A stretch of DNA of 59,093 nucleotides from Bacilli bacterium (GCA_017512495.1 JAFWGF010000049.1:71267-130359); one strand, 5' to 3'. Positions 8,845 through 20,200 are shown, counted from the stretch's first letter. Notes: generated by a model not told the origin, from the sequence alone. Program-made: numbers and translations.

Positions 8845-9771
8845 ATGAAAGTTATTTTTATGGGAACACCAGATTTTGCTGTTCCAGTACTTGAAGGTTT
8901 AATTGAAAATTATGAAGTTATTTTAGTCGTTAGTCAACCAGATAAAAGAGTAGGAAGAAAACAAGAATTAAAAAATACTCCAATTAAGGAAGTAGCTCTT
9001 AAACATAATATTCCTGTATTTCAACCAGTTAAAATAAGAGAAGATTATCAAGAAATAATAGATTTAAATCCAGATATAATAGTGACTTGTGCTTATGGAC
9101 AAATTATTCCTAAAGCTATTTTGGATTGTCCTAAATTGGGCTGTATTAATGTACATGCCTCTCTTTTACCTAAATTAAGAGGAGGAGCTCCTATCCATAA
9201 AGCTATTATTGATGGTTATAAAACTACAGGTATTACTATTATGTATATGGATGTTAAGATGGATGATGGGGATATAATTAGTCAAAAAGAAATAGAAATT
9301 ACCGATGATGATAATCTAGAATCTCTTCATGATAAATTAAGTGTTTTAGGTAAAGAAGTATTACTTGAAACTTTACCTAGTATTATAGATGGTACTAATG
9401 AAAGAATTAAACAAAATGAAGATGAAGTTACTTTTGCTTATAATATCAAAAGAGAAGAAGAACATATTGATTTTAATAAGAACAGTAGAGAAGTATTTAA
9501 TCTAATTAGAGGTTTATCTCCAGTACCTTCTGCAAATGCAATTTTATTTGATGAGGAAATGAAAATATATGAGTCTATTATTAGTGATAAGGGATACAAA
9601 GGTACTTGTGGTGAAATAGTTGATATTAATAAACAAGGTATTGTGGTTAAGACTAATGATGGAGCAATTATTATTACTAAAGTAAAACCATTTGGTAAAA
9701 AGTTAATGGATGCTACTAGTTATGTTAATGGTGTAGGAAAGGATAAATTATTAGGTAAGGTGTTTAATTAA
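8845..9771 (+). CDS. fmt: Methionyl-tRNA formyltransferase
   Basis: MKVIFMGTPDFAV N-terminus; INVHASLLPKLRGGAPI motif. Confidence 0.97.
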   Translation: MKVIFMGTPDFAVPVLEGLIENYEVILVVSQPDKRVGRKQELKNTPIKEVALKHNIPVFQPVKIREDYQEIIDLNPDIIVTCAYGQIIPKAILDCPKLGCINVHASLLPKLRGGAPIHKAIIDGYKTTGITIMYMDVKMDDGDIISQKEIEITDDDNLESLHDKLSVLGKEVLLETLPSIIDGTNERIKQNEDEVTFAYNIKREEEHIDFNKNSREVFNLIRGLSPVPSANAILFDEEMKIYESIISDKGYKGTCGEIVDINKQGIVVKTNDGAIIITKVKPFGKKLMDATSYVNGVGKDKLLGKVFN

Positions 9772-10454
9772 TGAAACAGTTTATTGAATTTATTAAAGAA
9801 GTAAGAAAAACTCCTCGAGGAAAAGCAATTCTTTTCTTTGCTTTTTATTTTATAGTTTTTCTTGTGATAATTATGATCATAAGATTTAATGATAATACTA
9901 GTTATGAAAAAGATTATGAACCAGGAAAGGCTTATTCTTTTGATACTAGTTTACTATCAAAAAATAATTATCACTTTGAATATATAATCACTAAAGATAA
10001 TATTAAATACCAATATATAGGTGATAGAAATGGTAATAAGGAAACATTTACTTTTAATGATAAAAAATATTATTATGACGGAAATAAATACTATTTAGAA
10101 AATAATGAAATAGATAATCCATATTTATATAGTGAATTCATTAATTTGAATAATATTTTATTATTAATAGATAATGCTACTTATGATTCTAAAACTGATT
10201 ATCAAAGTGGTACTACTAAATATAATTTCTTAATATCTAGTAATACTATTAATAGCCTAATTAATAATAAAGAGACAGATATTGATGATTTACCTAATAG
10301 TTTAACTATAAGTAGTGATGAAGATAATAAAGTAGATAGTATTATTTATCATTTAGATAGTTATTGTAAGAGCAATAAAGAATGTGATGATAATTTAGAG
10401 ATAGATTTATCATATGAACAATTTGGAGAAATAAAAGAGATAGTTAATAATTAA
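9771..10454 (+). CDS. Hypothetical protein with N-terminal membrane anchor
   Basis: Overlaps the fmt stop; TM helix at aa ~20-38; Asn/Asp/Tyr-rich extracellular domain. Confidence 0.75.
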   Translation: MKQFIEFIKEVRKTPRGKAILFFAFYFIVFLVIIMIIRFNDNTSYEKDYEPGKAYSFDTSLLSKNNYHFEYIITKDNIKYQYIGDRNGNKETFTFNDKKYYYDGNKYYLENNEIDNPYLYSEFINLNNILLLIDNATYDSKTDYQSGTTKYNFLISSNTINSLINNKETDIDDLPNSLTISSDEDNKVDSIIYHLDSYCKSNKECDDNLEIDLSYEQFGEIKEIVNN

Positions 10455-10504
10455 CTATCTTTTTATTTATTATGATATAATAAAATTACTATGGGTGTGA
10501 TAAT

Positions 10505-11527
10505 ATGACTAGTATTTATAATTTAACTAGAGAAGATTTAGAAAATTATTTTTTAAGTATTAATTCTAAGAAATTTCATGCTGATCAGTTATTTGATTGG
10601 CTGTATGTTAAAAGAATTAAAAGTTTTTCTGAAGTTACTAACATCAAAAGAGATGTTTTAGAAGATATTATGAATAATTATACTTTGAGTGATATAACAA
10701 TAGTTAAAGTAGAAAAAGATGAGGATGTTCATAAGTATCTGTTTGAACTTAGTGATGGAGAACATATTGAAGCAGTATTAATGTTTCATGATTATGGTAA
10801 TAGTGTTTGTATCTCTTCTCAAGTTGGTTGTAATATGGGATGTAAGTTTTGTGAATCTGGTCGCAGAAAAAAAGTACGTAACTTAGAAGTATCAGAGATG
10901 GTCTTGCAAATACTTTTAATTGAAGAAGAATTAGGAAAGAGAATTAGTCATGTTGTAGTTATGGGTATTGGAGAACCATTTGATAATTACGATAATTTAA
11001 TAAAATTCTTTAGAATAATAAATGACCCTAAAGGTATAAGCATAGGAGCTCGCCATATTACTGTTAGTACTTGTGGTATAGTCCCTAAGATATTAGAATT
11101 TAGTGATTTAGATATGCAAGTTAATTTAGCCATTAGTCTTCATGCACCTAATGATGAACTTAGAAATAAGATTATGCCTATTAATAAAGCTTATCCTTTA
11201 AAAGAATTAATGGATTCTTTAAAAGTATATTTGAAAAAAACTAATAGAAGACTTACTTTTGAATATATTTTATTGAAAGATGTTAATGATAGTGAAGAAA
11301 ATGCCTTAGAATTAGCTAAATTAGTTAAAGGTTTAAACTGTTATATAAACCTAATTCCTTATAATGAAACAAATAATATTGATTTTAAGCGAACAAATAC
11401 TATTCAAATTATGAGATTTTATGATATACTTAAAAAGAATAATATTGGTGTAACAATAAGAAGAGAATTTGGTGGCAATATAAGCGCAGCTTGTGGACAA
11501 CTTAGAAGTAAGAAGGAGGAACTATGA
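10505..11527 (+). CDS. rlmN: Dual-specificity 23S rRNA/tRNA m2A methyltransferase (radical SAM)
   Basis: SSQVGCNMGCKFC cluster motif, MGIGEP, ISAACGQL C-terminus. Confidence 0.97.
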   Translation: MTSIYNLTREDLENYFLSINSKKFHADQLFDWLYVKRIKSFSEVTNIKRDVLEDIMNNYTLSDITIVKVEKDEDVHKYLFELSDGEHIEAVLMFHDYGNSVCISSQVGCNMGCKFCESGRRKKVRNLEVSEMVLQILLIEEELGKRISHVVVMGIGEPFDNYDNLIKFFRIINDPKGISIGARHITVSTCGIVPKILEFSDLDMQVNLAISLHAPNDELRNKIMPINKAYPLKELMDSLKVYLKKTNRRLTFEYILLKDVNDSEENALELAKLVKGLNCYINLIPYNETNNIDFKRTNTIQIMRFYDILKKNNIGVTIRREFGGNISAACGQLRSKKEEL

Positions 11528-12270
11528 GATCATTTTATTTAACTGATCCGGGTATGGTTAGAGACCATAACGAAGATAGTGTAATTATAGTTAAGAATGA
11601 TGAGGGTAGTATATTAATGGCAATTGCCGATGGAATGGGTGGTCATTCTGCAGGAGAAGTTGCTTCATCTATAGCCATTAATTATTTAGGAAAACATTTT
11701 AAAGAGTCATTTCGTAATATGACAAAGGTTGATACTGTTAACTGGATTCGTGATTCTGTTGATGAGATTAATACTTTAATATTTCAATATGAGAAGAGTC
11801 ATCCTGAAAGTAAAGGGATGGGTACTACTTTAGTTTCTGCAATATTAACTAAAGATTTTTTGCTGTTTGGTAATGTAGGAGATTCAAGTGGTTTTGTAAT
11901 GAAAGATAATAATCTTCATAAGGTTACATATGATCATACATTAGTTAATTTATTAGTTAGTGCTGGAGAATTAACTAAGGAAGAAGCTAGTGTTCATCCG
12001 AAAAAGAATGTTTTAATGAAAGCTTTAGGTACTTCATCAGAAGTTGATATTGATATATTTGATTGTGACATAGAAGTTACAGAAATACTATTAGCTAGTG
12101 ATGGACTTACTGGGATGTTAGATAGAGAACACATTGAAAAAGTTCTTTTAGGAGAAGGAACTGTTGAAGAGAAAGTTAATAGATTAATTAGTAAAGCAAA
12201 TAATAGGGGTGGAACAGATAATATTTCGGTTGCTTACTTAGTTCGTACAGAAGAAGGTGAAGACAAGTGA
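11524..12270 (+). CDS. stp1: PP2C-family Ser/Thr phosphatase (Stp1/PrpC)
   Basis: RDHNEDS, IADGMGGH, GMGTT, ASDGL, GGTDNIS motifs; directly upstream of the kinase. Confidence 0.95.
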   Translation: MRSFYLTDPGMVRDHNEDSVIIVKNDEGSILMAIADGMGGHSAGEVASSIAINYLGKHFKESFRNMTKVDTVNWIRDSVDEINTLIFQYEKSHPESKGMGTTLVSAILTKDFLLFGNVGDSSGFVMKDNNLHKVTYDHTLVNLLVSAGELTKEEASVHPKKNVLMKALGTSSEVDIDIFDCDIEVTEILLASDGLTGMLDREHIEKVLLGEGTVEEKVNRLISKANNRGGTDNISVAYLVRTEEGEDK

Positions 12271-14108
12271 TAACAAAGGGGCAAAAAATTAATGATCGAT
12301 ATGAAATAGTTAGATCAATTGGCGAAGGTGGTATGGCTAATGTCTATTTAGGATACGATACTATACTAGACCGAAATGTTGCGATAAAAGTACTTCGCGG
12401 AGACTTGTCTAATGATGAAAAATTTGTAAGACGTTTTCAAAGAGAAGCATTATCTGCATCTAGTCTTGCTCATCCTAATATAGTTGAAATGTATGATGTT
12501 GGTGAAGATGATGGTCTTTATTACATCGTTATGGAATATATTGAAGGAAAAACTCTAAAACAATTATTAAAGAAGAGAGGTACACTTACTTTAAGTGAAG
12601 CAATAGATATAATGAGTCAACTTACTGATGGTATGGCTCATGCCCATGATTCATATATTATTCATAGAGATTTAAAACCTCAGAATATTATGATTAAAGA
12701 TGATGGGCAAATTAAAATTACTGATTTTGGTATTGCAATGGCACTTAATTCTACACAACTTACACAAACTAATTCAGTAATGGGAAGTGTTCATTACTTA
12801 CCACCAGAACAAGCTAGTGGAAAAGGATGTACTATTAAAAGTGATATATATTCAATGGGTATTATCTTTTATGAATTACTTAGTGGATCATTACCATTTA
12901 AGGGAGATAATGCAGTAGAAATAGCTCTTAAGCATATGAGAGAGCCTCTACCAAGATTAAGAGACGAAAATGAGGCAATACCTCAAAGTATTGAAAACAT
13001 TGTTAAGAGAGCAACTGCTAAGAATCCTAAAAATAGATATGATAGTGCTCGTAGTATGCATGAAGACTTACTAACTGCACTAGATGATGATAGAATGGAT
13101 GAACCAGAATATCAATATAAATATCCTGAAAATGAAACAGATACTAAGAGAATAAAGAAATTAGAAGAAACTGCTAAATTAGAAACAACTGACGATCCAA
13201 CTGATTTTGTAACTGAAATAACAGGAGATTTAGTAGACGAAGTAGAAGAAGCTGTAGATAAAAACAGTAAGAAACTAATTATTATATTAGCTAGTATCTT
13301 TGGAGCTAGTGCACTATTATTAATTACTTTATTCTTTATAGTTCCAGCTCTTTCACATAAAAAAGCTGTAAAAGTTCCTGACTGTGAAAAATTAAAAGTT
13401 AGTCAGTGTGAAAAGAAATTACAAAAAGCTGGTTTTGAAGTAAAAGAAATAAAGACAACTTTCTCAGCAAAAATTAAGAAAAATAGAGTAGTTAAAACTA
13501 ATCCTGCTAAAGGTAGAAGTGTTAAAAAAGGAACTGCTGTAATCATCTATAAATCTAAGGGAGACGAAACTATAAAATTAGAAGATTATAAAGGTCAAAA
13601 TGCTATTGAAATAAAGACTAGACTAGAAACTAAATATGGTTTAGTAGTAACAATTGAAAAGAAAGAACCTGAAGATAAGAATAAAGAATATAATGATGAT
13701 AATGAAGTAATAGGTCAATCATTAGAAAAAGGAACTAAAGTAAAGAAGGGTGATTCATTAGTATTATATACACCTAATATAGTTGATAAGTTCCCAGATA
13801 TGGCTGGAGAAGGTTGGAGCTTAAGTGACGTTGAGGCTTTCTGCAATAAATATGAATTAGTTCTTGATAAAGTAGAACAAGAGACTAGTGGATATTCTCC
13901 AGGAACAATTATTAGTCAATCTAGAACTGCTGGAACAACGATTATTAAAGGTACAACATTAAGAATCGTTGTAGCTGTTAAACCAAAAGAACAGCCAAAA
14001 CCAACACCTAAACCTGAGGAGAAGAAAGCTAGTGATTATACTACTCAAACAGATTGTGAAAAAGCTGGCTTTAGTTGGGATACAGAAACTGAAAAATGTA
14101 GCGAGTAG
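12267..14108 (+). CDS. prkC: PASTA-domain Ser/Thr protein kinase (PrkC/Stk1)
   Basis: GEGGMANVY, HRDLKPQN, DFG, GSVHYLPPEQ; TM helix; PASTA repeats; Pro-rich linker and small Cys tail. Confidence 0.95.
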   Translation: MITKGQKINDRYEIVRSIGEGGMANVYLGYDTILDRNVAIKVLRGDLSNDEKFVRRFQREALSASSLAHPNIVEMYDVGEDDGLYYIVMEYIEGKTLKQLLKKRGTLTLSEAIDIMSQLTDGMAHAHDSYIIHRDLKPQNIMIKDDGQIKITDFGIAMALNSTQLTQTNSVMGSVHYLPPEQASGKGCTIKSDIYSMGIIFYELLSGSLPFKGDNAVEIALKHMREPLPRLRDENEAIPQSIENIVKRATAKNPKNRYDSARSMHEDLLTALDDDRMDEPEYQYKYPENETDTKRIKKLEETAKLETTDDPTDFVTEITGDLVDEVEEAVDKNSKKLIIILASIFGASALLLITLFFIVPALSHKKAVKVPDCEKLKVSQCEKKLQKAGFEVKEIKTTFSAKIKKNRVVKTNPAKGRSVKKGTAVIIYKSKGDETIKLEDYKGQNAIEIKTRLETKYGLVVTIEKKEPEDKNKEYNDDNEVIGQSLEKGTKVKKGDSLVLYTPNIVDKFPDMAGEGWSLSDVEAFCNKYELVLDKVEQETSGYSPGTIISQSRTAGTTIIKGTTLRIVVAVKPKEQPKPTPKPEEKKASDYTTQTDCEKAGFSWDTETEKCSE

Positions 14109-14116
14109 GGGGATTT

Positions 14117-14956
14117 ATGAAAGGACAAATTATTAAAATTAGTAGTGATTTATATTTTGTAAGTTATGAAAATGAGATTTATCCTTGTAAATGTCGTGGA
14201 ATATTTAGAAAAGAACATATTACTCCTGTAGTAGGGGATTATGTTCTTTTCAGTAAAGAAAAAAAATTAATAGAAGAAATATTAGAAAGAAAAAATGTTT
14301 TTCAGAGACCGAAAGTTAGTAATATAGACCAAGCTTTCTTAATTACTAGTTTGAAGGATCCTGATTTTTCACTTAATTTACTAGATAAATTTATTGTACT
14401 TATGGAAATAAATCATGTAAAACCAATTATTTGTATTACTAAAAGAGATTTGATTTCTGAAGATAATTTAGAAAATTATGATACTATCCTAGATTACTAT
14501 AAGAAGATAGGATACGAAGTGATATTTAATACTGAATTGGATAAATTAAAAGAAATGTTAAGTAATAAGACGAGTGTATTTACTGGACAAACTGGTGCTG
14601 GAAAAAGTACATTATTAAATAAACTTAATCCGGAATGGAATTTAGATACTGGAGAGATATCTCATGCTTTAGGTAGAGGAAAACATACTACTAGAGTAGT
14701 TGAATTATTTGAATTCATGGGAGGTAAAGTTATGGATACTCCAGGATTTTCTTCTTTAGAATTTAATCAATATAGTAAAGAAGAAATAAAGAATGCTTTC
14801 AAAGAATTTAAAAATTTTCCATGTCCTTTTAAAGATTGTACTCATACAAATGAGAAAGAATGTGTCGTGAAAAAAGAAGTTTTAGCGAATAATATATTAG
14901 AAAGTAGATATCTTAATTATTTAAATTTTATAGGAGTTGATAAAAATGAAAGTTAG
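14117..14956 (+). CDS. rsgA: Ribosome small subunit-dependent GTPase A
   Basis: OB fold, TKRD, GQTGAGKST, RGKHTT, DTPG, CPFKDCTH..C zinc site. Confidence 0.95.
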   Translation: MKGQIIKISSDLYFVSYENEIYPCKCRGIFRKEHITPVVGDYVLFSKEKKLIEEILERKNVFQRPKVSNIDQAFLITSLKDPDFSLNLLDKFIVLMEINHVKPIICITKRDLISEDNLENYDTILDYYKKIGYEVIFNTELDKLKEMLSNKTSVFTGQTGAGKSTLLNKLNPEWNLDTGEISHALGRGKHTTRVVELFEFMGGKVMDTPGFSSLEFNQYSKEEIKNAFKEFKNFPCPFKDCTHTNEKECVVKKEVLANNILESRYLNYLNFIGVDKNES

Positions 14957-15572
14957 TGCATCATTTTTAAGTAGTAAGAATATTCCAGAAGATTTAGCCA
15001 AGTTAAATAATACTGATGTAGACTATATTCATGTAGATATTATGGATGGTAAGTTTGTTCCTAATAAAACGATGCCATTTAGAGAAATGCGTCATATTTA
15101 TGAATATACTTCTAAGAGGTTAGATGTTCATTTAATGGTAAAAGAACCATCAAAATATATTCCTTTATATGCAGAATTAAATACTGAATATATTACTTTT
15201 CATGTTGAAGTAGAAGAAGATATTTTAAAGGATTTAGAACTTATTAAAAGTTATTCTATCAAGTGTGGTTTGGCAATTTCTCCAGATACTAAAGTTAATG
15301 CTTTAATACCATATTTACCATATTTAGACTACATTTTAGTTATGAGTGTATATCCTGGAAAGGGTGGACAAGAATTCATTGAGAATACTGAAAGTAAATT
15401 GGAAGAAGTAAAAGCTTTACTTGATTCATATAAAATAAAGGCTGTAGTAAGTGTAGATGGTGGTATTGATAATAAAACTAAAGATAAATGTAATAAGGCA
15501 GATATACTAGTATCGGGAAGTTATATTATTAATAGTGAAAATTTTCAAGAAAAAATATCTAGTTTAAGATAA
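14946..15572 (+). CDS. rpe: Ribulose-phosphate 3-epimerase
   Basis: Likely start ATG 14946; HVDIMDG, DVHLMV, MSVYPGKGGQ, VDGGI motifs. Confidence 0.95.
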   Translation: MKVSASFLSSKNIPEDLAKLNNTDVDYIHVDIMDGKFVPNKTMPFREMRHIYEYTSKRLDVHLMVKEPSKYIPLYAELNTEYITFHVEVEEDILKDLELIKSYSIKCGLAISPDTKVNALIPYLPYLDYILVMSVYPGKGGQEFIENTESKLEEVKALLDSYKIKAVVSVDGGIDNKTKDKCNKADILVSGSYIINSENFQEKISSLR

Positions 15573-15612
15573 ATATGTGTGATATAATCTAATTAGAATA
15601 GGAGTTGATAGT

Positions 15613-16479
15613 GTGAATAACAATGATTTAAATAATACTAATGCTATTCCAGAAATAGGAGAAGAGAAACCAGCTGTAGATAGTTCTATGCTTGTATCTG
15701 ATCCGACAGCTGTAAGTGAAACTCCAACTACGTCAGAAGCTCCTGCAGCACCTATTGCACCAACTGTTCCAACTAGTGAACCAGTTAGCGCTGAACAAAA
15801 CACAAGTTCTGCTCCAGTTACTAATAGAATGGAAGCTCCTGGAGTTATTGGAAATATTGGGCCTAATAAAGAAGATCCAAATGCAATGGTAAATGAAGAT
15901 TTAAATAAAGTGGAAATTAATTATACACCGCCAAGTAAAGGTAAAGTAGTTGCCTTAATACTGTTCTTCTTGTTTTTAATCGCTTTTATAATTTTCTTAC
16001 CACAGATAACTACTATGGTTGATATGTATAAGGCTGGTCAAATTGAACAAGCAAATGAAAAAATAGTAGATGGTAGATTAATTTGTACTTATGATACAAA
16101 TACAACTAATTTAGATAAAGGATATCGTCTAGTCTTTTCGTTTACTGGTAATAAACTAGAAAAATTAGATTATATGGTTACTACTAAAGGAGATCCAACA
16201 TTAGATGCTAGTACAATGGATGATTTAGCAGAGCGTTGTAAGAAATTAAAAGAAACTACTGAAGGTATAAATGGAATAAATGTAAGTTGTGATTATTCTG
16301 AAGGTAAGTTGATTGAAAAACAAGGATTTACTTATGCTGAGATTGATGCTGAACAGCTAGATTCAGCATATTCAGAAGCAGGGGGAACATATCCTCAATA
16401 TACTAATGGTCAAGACATGGACTCAATAGAAACAGGTATGAATGCTTCAGGATATACGTGTAAACGAGAAAGAAATTAA
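15613..16479 (+). CDS. Membrane-anchored hypothetical protein; disordered N-terminus, TM helix, C-terminal DUF1307/YehR-like domain
   Basis: Pro/Ala/Thr-rich N-terminus, TM at aa ~112-132, C-terminal alpha/beta domain ending in GYTC; family call is by resemblance only. Confidence 0.5.
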   Translation: MNNNDLNNTNAIPEIGEEKPAVDSSMLVSDPTAVSETPTTSEAPAAPIAPTVPTSEPVSAEQNTSSAPVTNRMEAPGVIGNIGPNKEDPNAMVNEDLNKVEINYTPPSKGKVVALILFFLFLIAFIIFLPQITTMVDMYKAGQIEQANEKIVDGRLICTYDTNTTNLDKGYRLVFSFTGNKLEKLDYMVTTKGDPTLDASTMDDLAERCKKLKETTEGINGINVSCDYSEGKLIEKQGFTYAEIDAEQLDSAYSEAGGTYPQYTNGQDMDSIETGMNASGYTCKRERN

Positions 16480-16485
16480 TATTGT

Positions 16486-16528
16486 AAACTCCTCGGATTA
16501 ATGATAAAATCATTATACGAGGAGTTTT
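16486..16528 (+). promoter_or_regulatory. Terminator-like hairpin containing the downstream RBS and an extended -10
   Basis: AAACTCCTCG pairs with CGAGGAGTTT; inner TAATGAT/ATCATTA stem; TGaTAAAAT at 16502-16510. Confidence 0.6.
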
Positions 16529-16531
16529 GTT

Positions 16532-17173
16532 ATGAAAAAATTTTATATTACAATTAATATATTTTTAGTAATCGCAATTATGACTTCTTTATTTGTACAA
16601 CCAGAACATAATAATATTTCAACAAAGCATCTTTCTAGAAGCCTTGATACAGCAAGTTTTAAAAAACTTAATTTTAGAAAGACTGAACTACCTGAAGTAG
16701 AAGAAAAGAAAGATGGAGAAAAGGAAATAGATAAAGATAAACCAACTAATAACATTACAGAATCTGTTGCTAAAGTAGAAAACACAGTATCAAATAATGT
16801 TGCAGAAGCAAGTGTTGTTACTGATGTGTTAGAAAGACAAGTAGGACCTATGTCTGCCTACGGCCCTGATTGCGTTGGATGTAGTGGTCATTTAGCAACT
16901 GGTTTTGATGCAAGACAAAGTATTGAATATCAAGATCCAACCTACGGTAGTGTTAGAATAGTTGCAGGAGATAGAAAATATCCTTTTGGAACTATAGTTA
17001 GAATAAGTGGAACTAGACTAGGAACATTTAATGCTATAGTTTTAGATCGTGGTGGAAATATTGGTATTGGAAAAAGGTTTATGTTTGATTTACTTTGCCA
17101 TAATGAAAGCGAAGCTTCAGGGGTAGGAAGTTTTCAAAATGTAACATTTGAAATACTAAGATATGGTTACTAA
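16532..17173 (+). CDS. 3D-domain (MltA-like) cell-wall protein with N-terminal anchor
   Basis: IVAGDRKYPFGT, VLDRGGNI and FDLL give the three conserved Asp of the 3D domain. Confidence 0.8.
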   Translation: MKKFYITINIFLVIAIMTSLFVQPEHNNISTKHLSRSLDTASFKKLNFRKTELPEVEEKKDGEKEIDKDKPTNNITESVAKVENTVSNNVAEASVVTDVLERQVGPMSAYGPDCVGCSGHLATGFDARQSIEYQDPTYGSVRIVAGDRKYPFGTIVRISGTRLGTFNAIVLDRGGNIGIGKRFMFDLLCHNESEASGVGSFQNVTFEILRYGY

Positions 17174-17182
17174 TTTAATGAT

Positions 17183-17215
17183 AAAAAGTAGTGAGAAATA
17201 GCACTACTTTTTTTT
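17183..17215 (+). terminator. Intrinsic terminator
   Basis: AAAAAGTAGTG-AGAAATAG-CACTACTTTTT followed by a T run. Confidence 0.8.
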
Positions 17216-17294
17216 GATTTTTTAAGCATATGCAATTGTAATGAAATACTTTCCGTGATATAATAATTGTTATAATAGGATGTATGGTGATAAT

Positions 17295-20200
17295 ATGAAG
17301 AATAAAAGAAAAGGAAATAAAGGTTTTACATTAATTGAGCTTTTAGCATCAATAGTATTACTAGGAATATTATTTGTTTTTGCCATTCCAACAATAGTTG
17401 GTGTAGTAGAAAGGAATAGAGATAAGATTTATGTAAGTGATGTTAGAAAATTAATGTCACAGGCAGAACATAAGTTGAAGGCATCTAGTACTATTATGGA
17501 AAAACCAGAACCGGGAGATTGTATTGTCATCAGTTTAGTTTATTTGGATAGTGAAGACTTTGACCAAGCTCCAAATGATGGAGAATACATTAAAGAAGCT
17601 TCATTTGTTGTTGTAAAAAATAATGGGGGAAAATTAGAGTACTCAGGAGCTATTGTAGAAAAAACAAAAGCCGGAGGATATAGAGGTATTGAATTAACAA
17701 AGGAAGATTTACTAAAGCAATCAAATGCTGTTAGATTTGTTAAAAATATTTCAGAAAACAATATAATAAAAGTTAACGATCCGCATGTTATAATGTCAAA
17801 TTATATTAATTCAACATTAAAAGAACAAAATGATGGTGTAGACTATGTTAAAACTGTTAGTAATATTTATAACCAGCCAAGTTTAGAGGACCAATCATCA
17901 TCTGGAGAAACACTTCCTCCAGTTATCACTAAAGCAACCTTAACATCAACTTCTGGTAAAAATTATAACTCACTAGATGCTACACTTAACTTAACTGTTA
18001 CTGATAGAGATAATCCAACAAATCAACTTTTAGTAGGTCTTTCAACATCTAGTTATACTGATGCATTGAATGGTGAAAAACTACCATATGGTGAAGAAAA
18101 CACTTTTACTAAAACTTATGAGTTCGATAAAATGGGTTATGGCTATTTAGGTAATAATCAAGTTAATTTATATATTGTAGTAATTGATCCTGAAAAAAAT
18201 AGAGTTCAAACAAACATTAGTTATAAATTGCATAAAAATGAACCTCCTGTAATTGGAGAAGGATCTAAATTAGTAAGAAGAGCAGAAGATCCAGTAAATA
18301 AAGGGACAGCTATACTAAAATTGGATTTATCAGATGATATTGATTCAACTAATGCTTTAAAAGTATGCTATACAGCAAATACTAATGCAAATAGTTGTAA
18401 TAATTATGTATCTTACAGAGACATGGTGCGTGATGATGTTTATATCGAATTTGATACAGCACAATGTAATTTAACCGGTCAAGAATATAAATTGAAAGTC
18501 TTTGTAGCAGATAGTAGTAATGAGATAAGTTCAAAGGTATTAACATATAAAGTTCATAATGATGGTAATCCTTCTTTTGATCCAAATAAAAAACAAGTTG
18601 ATGTTGTTACTGCAGAAACTGGATATAACAGTTTAAATGTTAAAGTGTTTGTAAATGGATCTGATGATGTTACTCCTAATTCTAATTTAAGAGTTAGAAT
18701 AGTTGAAGGTAATACTGATCAAATATATCGATATGATGCAAATGGAATACCGTTTAGATTAAGTGGTCATTATGATGGTCAAAAGAGAACATTAAAAGTT
18801 ACTTTAATTGATGAATGTAATCATTATTCAAATACTGTAACTTATTCAGACTATACTGTTTATAAAAATATTCCACCACAAATAGACAGTATATCTATTA
18901 TGAGTAATGGATATGCTTGTAATAATAGTGATGAATGTCCTATCGTAAATAATAATGGAACTGTTACAAGTGGTGGAAATGCTAAAGCAAGTGTTTATAT
19001 TAATATTTTAGACGATTTAGATAGTGATGATTTATATAATAATATAAAAGTTTGTATTTCAGAAAATAGAGCAAACTGTAATAATGAAGCTAATTTCAAG
19101 CCTTATTCGGAATATGCTACAGGTACTATCTTTACTTTTGATGCGGGCAATGCTACTCCATATAATGGTAGTACTAAAACACTCTATGTTGTTTCAAAGG
19201 ACTCTGAAGGTGCCATTAGCGAAAGTTCAAAAAGATATACACTCTATAAGAATAAAGCTCCAGAAATTACTGGATTTGATGTTCACTCTGAAGATAGGCC
19301 ATTTGTTAGTACCGATAATAATAGTTTGAATCTTACTTTCTTCCTTCAAGCAGATGATGACATTTTAGATTTAAATGATTTACAATATACAATCCAAACT
19401 CAAGGAAGTAGCGAAGTAGTAGAAAAGAAAAGTCTTGCTGAATATGATGAAACTAAAGGATTAAAATATCATGTAGCAGGTACATATGATGGTGGAGAAA
19501 GAACTATTGTCTTAAAAGTTTATGATAATTATTCAGCAGGTTCTGAGCCATCTACTCAAAAATACAAAGTTTATAAAAATAAACCACCAGAGATTTCTTT
19601 GTTAAAGACAGAAATAGATGAACAAACTGGTGAAGAAGTTCAAGTAAGTGTTGAAAATGAAATAGATATAGTCCAAAGTTCTGAATGTTTATCAAGTTAT
19701 AAGTGTCCTTATTTAGCTGAAGATGCTAATGGTAAAGGACAAAAAGTCAGTGTAATATTTGAAGCTACTGATGACATTGATGGAGTAGCAGGTATAGAAG
19801 AAGATGATGGATTAGAACAAGGAGAAATGACAGTATGTGTATCTGAAACTGAAGCAGATTGTACTGCTGCAAATTCTACACATTATGTGCCTTATAAACA
19901 ATTTGTTGAAGAAGAAAGAGAATATATATTTAATAAAGGTATGACTAATCCATATAAGTCTCAATATAAAAATAAAACATTATATGTTTATTTAAGAGAT
20001 TCAGGAGGTTTAACTACACATGTTAGTAAACCATATACGCTATATACAGCAAGTGCTCCTAAATTCATAGATGAGGAAGTTGACGCAGTAACTCAGCACG
20101 TAACAAAATATCCAAATATTACTCCAGTTGGAATAGACCAAGTAGATGAGTCTTCGGGAATTGTTGTTAATGGTAGAACTGCATTATACAATATGCTAGT

